Shown here piece by piece: positions 61,742 through 64,000 of a stretch of 64,000 nucleotides of DNA. The notes under the pieces were generated by a model that did not search any database, was not told the origin of the DNA, and was given only the letters and a program-made list of their open reading frames with translations. Position 1 is the first letter of the stretch. Each line of letters starts with the position of its first letter. Location of the stretch: assembly GCA_047495785.1 (NCBI GenBank), contig JBLDXI010000024.1, forward strand, positions 1,116,001-1,180,000. Direction: 5' to 3'. A program made the translations under genes and the position numbers. This DNA is from Lepidodermella squamata (taxonomy: Eukaryota > Animalia > Gastrotricha).

Positions 61742-62478
61742 TTAGTAACTCTTCTTTGAGGCAGCTCGGCGGCCTTTCGACTTCGAACGAGGAGATTTGT
61801 CAGGCGTGGCTTTAGCTTTAGCAGGGGTGCTATAAAATTAAACCCGATAATTCAAATGGAATTCAAATGCCAATTTGTATTACCTTTTCGGTTCGCTGCG
61901 GCGGGTCTTCGATTTACTGTGAGTTCGAGGTTCCGTTGGTATCTGAGCAATTTGCTTAGAAGCGGCGGGGGTCTTGCGACGGGGAGCCGTGGGTCGATTG
62001 ATTTCTGGCGGCGATTCTTCGAAAAGCGAAGGCGACTGAATGTCGAAGGCAACGGTGATGCCGGCATTACCAACAGGACGGCGAGCTCGGCTCTTCGATC
62101 GGGCAGAACTGGCTGATTTGGGACTGATTTCTTCTGCGTCCATGGCTTGAATAGGTTGAATCCTACAGGAATTACGATTAAAACCGGGATTCACAGATCA
62201 AATTGCGGAACTCACGGAGTTTTCGTCGTGCTACGCCTTGGCTTCTTTTGTTTTTCCACCGGCGAGGCCAGTTTGTAGCGTGTTGGCGATTCGTCTTCAC
62301 TTTCGAATTGAGATTTCGGCTCGACGCTAACAGTTTTCTTTGCCTTGCTTCGTCCTCGCCGAGCAGCTTTTTCTGGGCTAGCATTATTCCGGCGGATGAA
62401 GTCCATTGCCTAAAAACATGGAGAATTTGTTCGTTTTGTTCATGATAAGCCGGGTAGATATACCTCCTCGAGATTCAT
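61742..62478 (-). CDS. Basic, Ser/Pro/Lys/Arg-rich disordered protein; ~4 exons
   Basis: Phase-consistent exons give MNLEE/AMDFIRRNNASPEKAARRGRSKAKK...TP/IQPIQAMDAEEISPKS...EPK/STPAKAKATPDKSPRSKSKGRRAASKKSY*. Confidence 0.65.
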
Positions 62479-62785
62479 ACTTGAGACCTGGAAAATTTCT
62501 TCGAAAAACTTGCGAATAAAAACTGCGAAATGGCAATTATTCAAAAATAAGGCAAATTTATGCGAAAAATTGAGGTGGATTTTTAATTAATTACTCATTT
62601 TTTGTCCAAGGACACGCTCGTTATCTTCTCGGCGGTAATTCCCAGTTTCGAGAACGAAAATTATCATGACGCTTAAAAATAGGTACGAGATAGACGAAAT
62701 TGAGATATAAAAACGCCCTCAGACCTTGCTTGGCATAGAGAAATTCTAGAGAACATTTTTCAAGACATTTTTCAAACTAGACAAA

Positions 62786-63683
62786 ATGGCGGCTGAATCT
62801 AGCGAACAAGCGAACGACCTTGATGTTGACTACCAGCCCGTCAAGGTGTTGAAAAGTGGCGATTTCGGCGTCACAAGTTTAGCCAAGTCGACTCGTTTAG
62901 TTGTGCTCAAAAAAATTATGGTTGAAAAAGCGGCGTTTTTCGACTCGAGAATCATGGAAATAATTCGGAACGAGGTAAAAAAAATTCATCGCAAAAAATT
63001 ATATTTTATCGCAATTTATTAGGCATACGTCTTGTCGAGGTTCAGCCATCCGAATATCGTGAGAATTTACCACGCCTTCGAGGATGTCAATGACAGTGCC
63101 GTTGTTATGGAGCTTGAATACTGTGGCGGTGGAACTCTGAAACATTTAATCGCTGGCCGTAAAGATAATTACGATTTATTAGACGAAAAACAGGTTAATT
63201 AAATTTACAAAATAATCTTATTTTCATGCTATTTTTTTGCAGATTAAAAATTGGTTTTCACAAATGACCATGGCTGTCTCTTACATTCACGGCCTGCAGC
63301 TCGTACATGGCGATTTGACTTCAAATGTTAGTTCAAAATTAGAAAATTTTCTTGATAATTTTTCGAAAATTTCTCACTAGCATGTTTTTCTAACTTCTGA
63401 TCACGACACCGTGAAAATCGGGGATTTCGGAACGGCCAAGGTCATGGATAAGGCCGGAGCAGCTGTTATTCCAGGTCATACTGACCCTGGCACCCTGGGT
63501 TACATGGCTCCGGAACGTTTTATAGGAGGCCGAAGCCTTGGAAACAACTTCAAACTCGACATTTGGGCAATGGGTGTCATTTTGCATGAAATGGCCACGC
63601 TTCAACTACCCTTCAACATCACAACAAACGACCAAGTTCTAGCTGTCAAAGCTATGATCTCAATTTTCAAAGGAAAAGCGTAA
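62786..63683 (+). CDS. Atypical NEK-like Ser/Thr protein kinase; multi-exon, 3' end uncertain
   Basis: YQPVKVLKSGDFG, VVLKKI, HPNIVRIY, MELEYCGGGTL, WFSQM, HGDLTSNHVFL, VKIGDFG, GTLGYMAPE, DIWAMG, EMATLQLPF. Confidence 0.8.
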
Positions 63684-63697
63684 GAACAAACAAAATT

Positions 63698-64000
63698 CTA
63701 GCTGAAATTTAATTGCGACCAAAAATGTAGGAAAAAGATGTTAAGCTTAGAAGTAAGGATTGCTCCAATGTTATTTTGAGGCACTGCTATTTTGTCGTCA
63801 GAAGTCTCAATTCTTCCTCGCTGAGGTTCCACCTTGGTTTGGTTTAGTTTCGTAACCACCTCCTTAATCCATTTAAGATAGCTATTAACTTTCGCGTAGA
63901 TAGCGGGCCGTGACCCACAAATTGAGTGCCCGAAAGATGTGACACCCTGCAAAAAATACCGATCAGATTTCGCGTCCCGGCACACCAAACCAGCCCCAGA
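63698..64000 (-). CDS. C-terminal part of a trypsin-like serine protease (gene extends beyond window)
   Basis: SGAGLVC...YFLQGVTSFGHSICGSRPAIYAKVNSYLKWIKEV followed by a C-terminal extension. Confidence 0.8.
   Translation of the reverse strand, partial: SGAGLVCRDAKSDRYFLQGVTSFGHSICGSRPAIYAKVNSYLKWIKEVVTKLNQTKVEPQRGRIETSDDKIAVPQNNIGAILTSKLNIFFLHFWSQLNFS

Noticed and set aside
1-64000. CRISPR arrays, operons, rRNA, or an alternative genetic code
   Set aside because: The sequence is spliceosomal-intron-containing animal DNA; no repeat-spacer arrays or rRNA were seen, and long exons are open under the standard code. The many antisense ORFs in the track are shadows of real exons.

Overview
This is eukaryotic (invertebrate animal, probably protostome) genomic DNA from a very compact genome, with AT-rich GT-AG introns mostly 45-70 nt long and about 24 genes in 64 kb. 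The ORF track fragments most genes, so I rebuilt exon structures by hand and internal boundaries are approximate. In order, the window holds: two paralogous secreted 8-Cys peptide genes; two serine-protease-homolog genes with broken catalytic triads; two tandem GluN2-like NMDA receptor genes with unusual pore and gate motifs; two tandem-duplicated receptors (plus a third, diverged copy at 45.7-49.0 kb) that fuse an mGluR-type Venus-flytrap ectodomain to a single TM helix and a MET-like tyrosine kinase; a three-gene family (plus one pseudogene) of small two-TM proteins, one with LEA-like 11-mer repeats; a DN-cadherin-like gene that appears to lack TM and cytoplasmic domains; two small secreted prepropeptide genes; a white-like ABCG transporter; a secreted nine-sushi protein; a C2H2 zinc-finger gene; a basic disordered protein; an atypical NEK-like kinase; and the 3' end of a trypsin-like protease. 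MITEs and LINE relics occupy intergenic and intronic space. The most notable candidate system is the mGluR-VFT/MET-like kinase family, which looks like a possible independent reinvention of the Venus kinase receptor architecture. All family assignments come from motif recognition by eye, with no database search.
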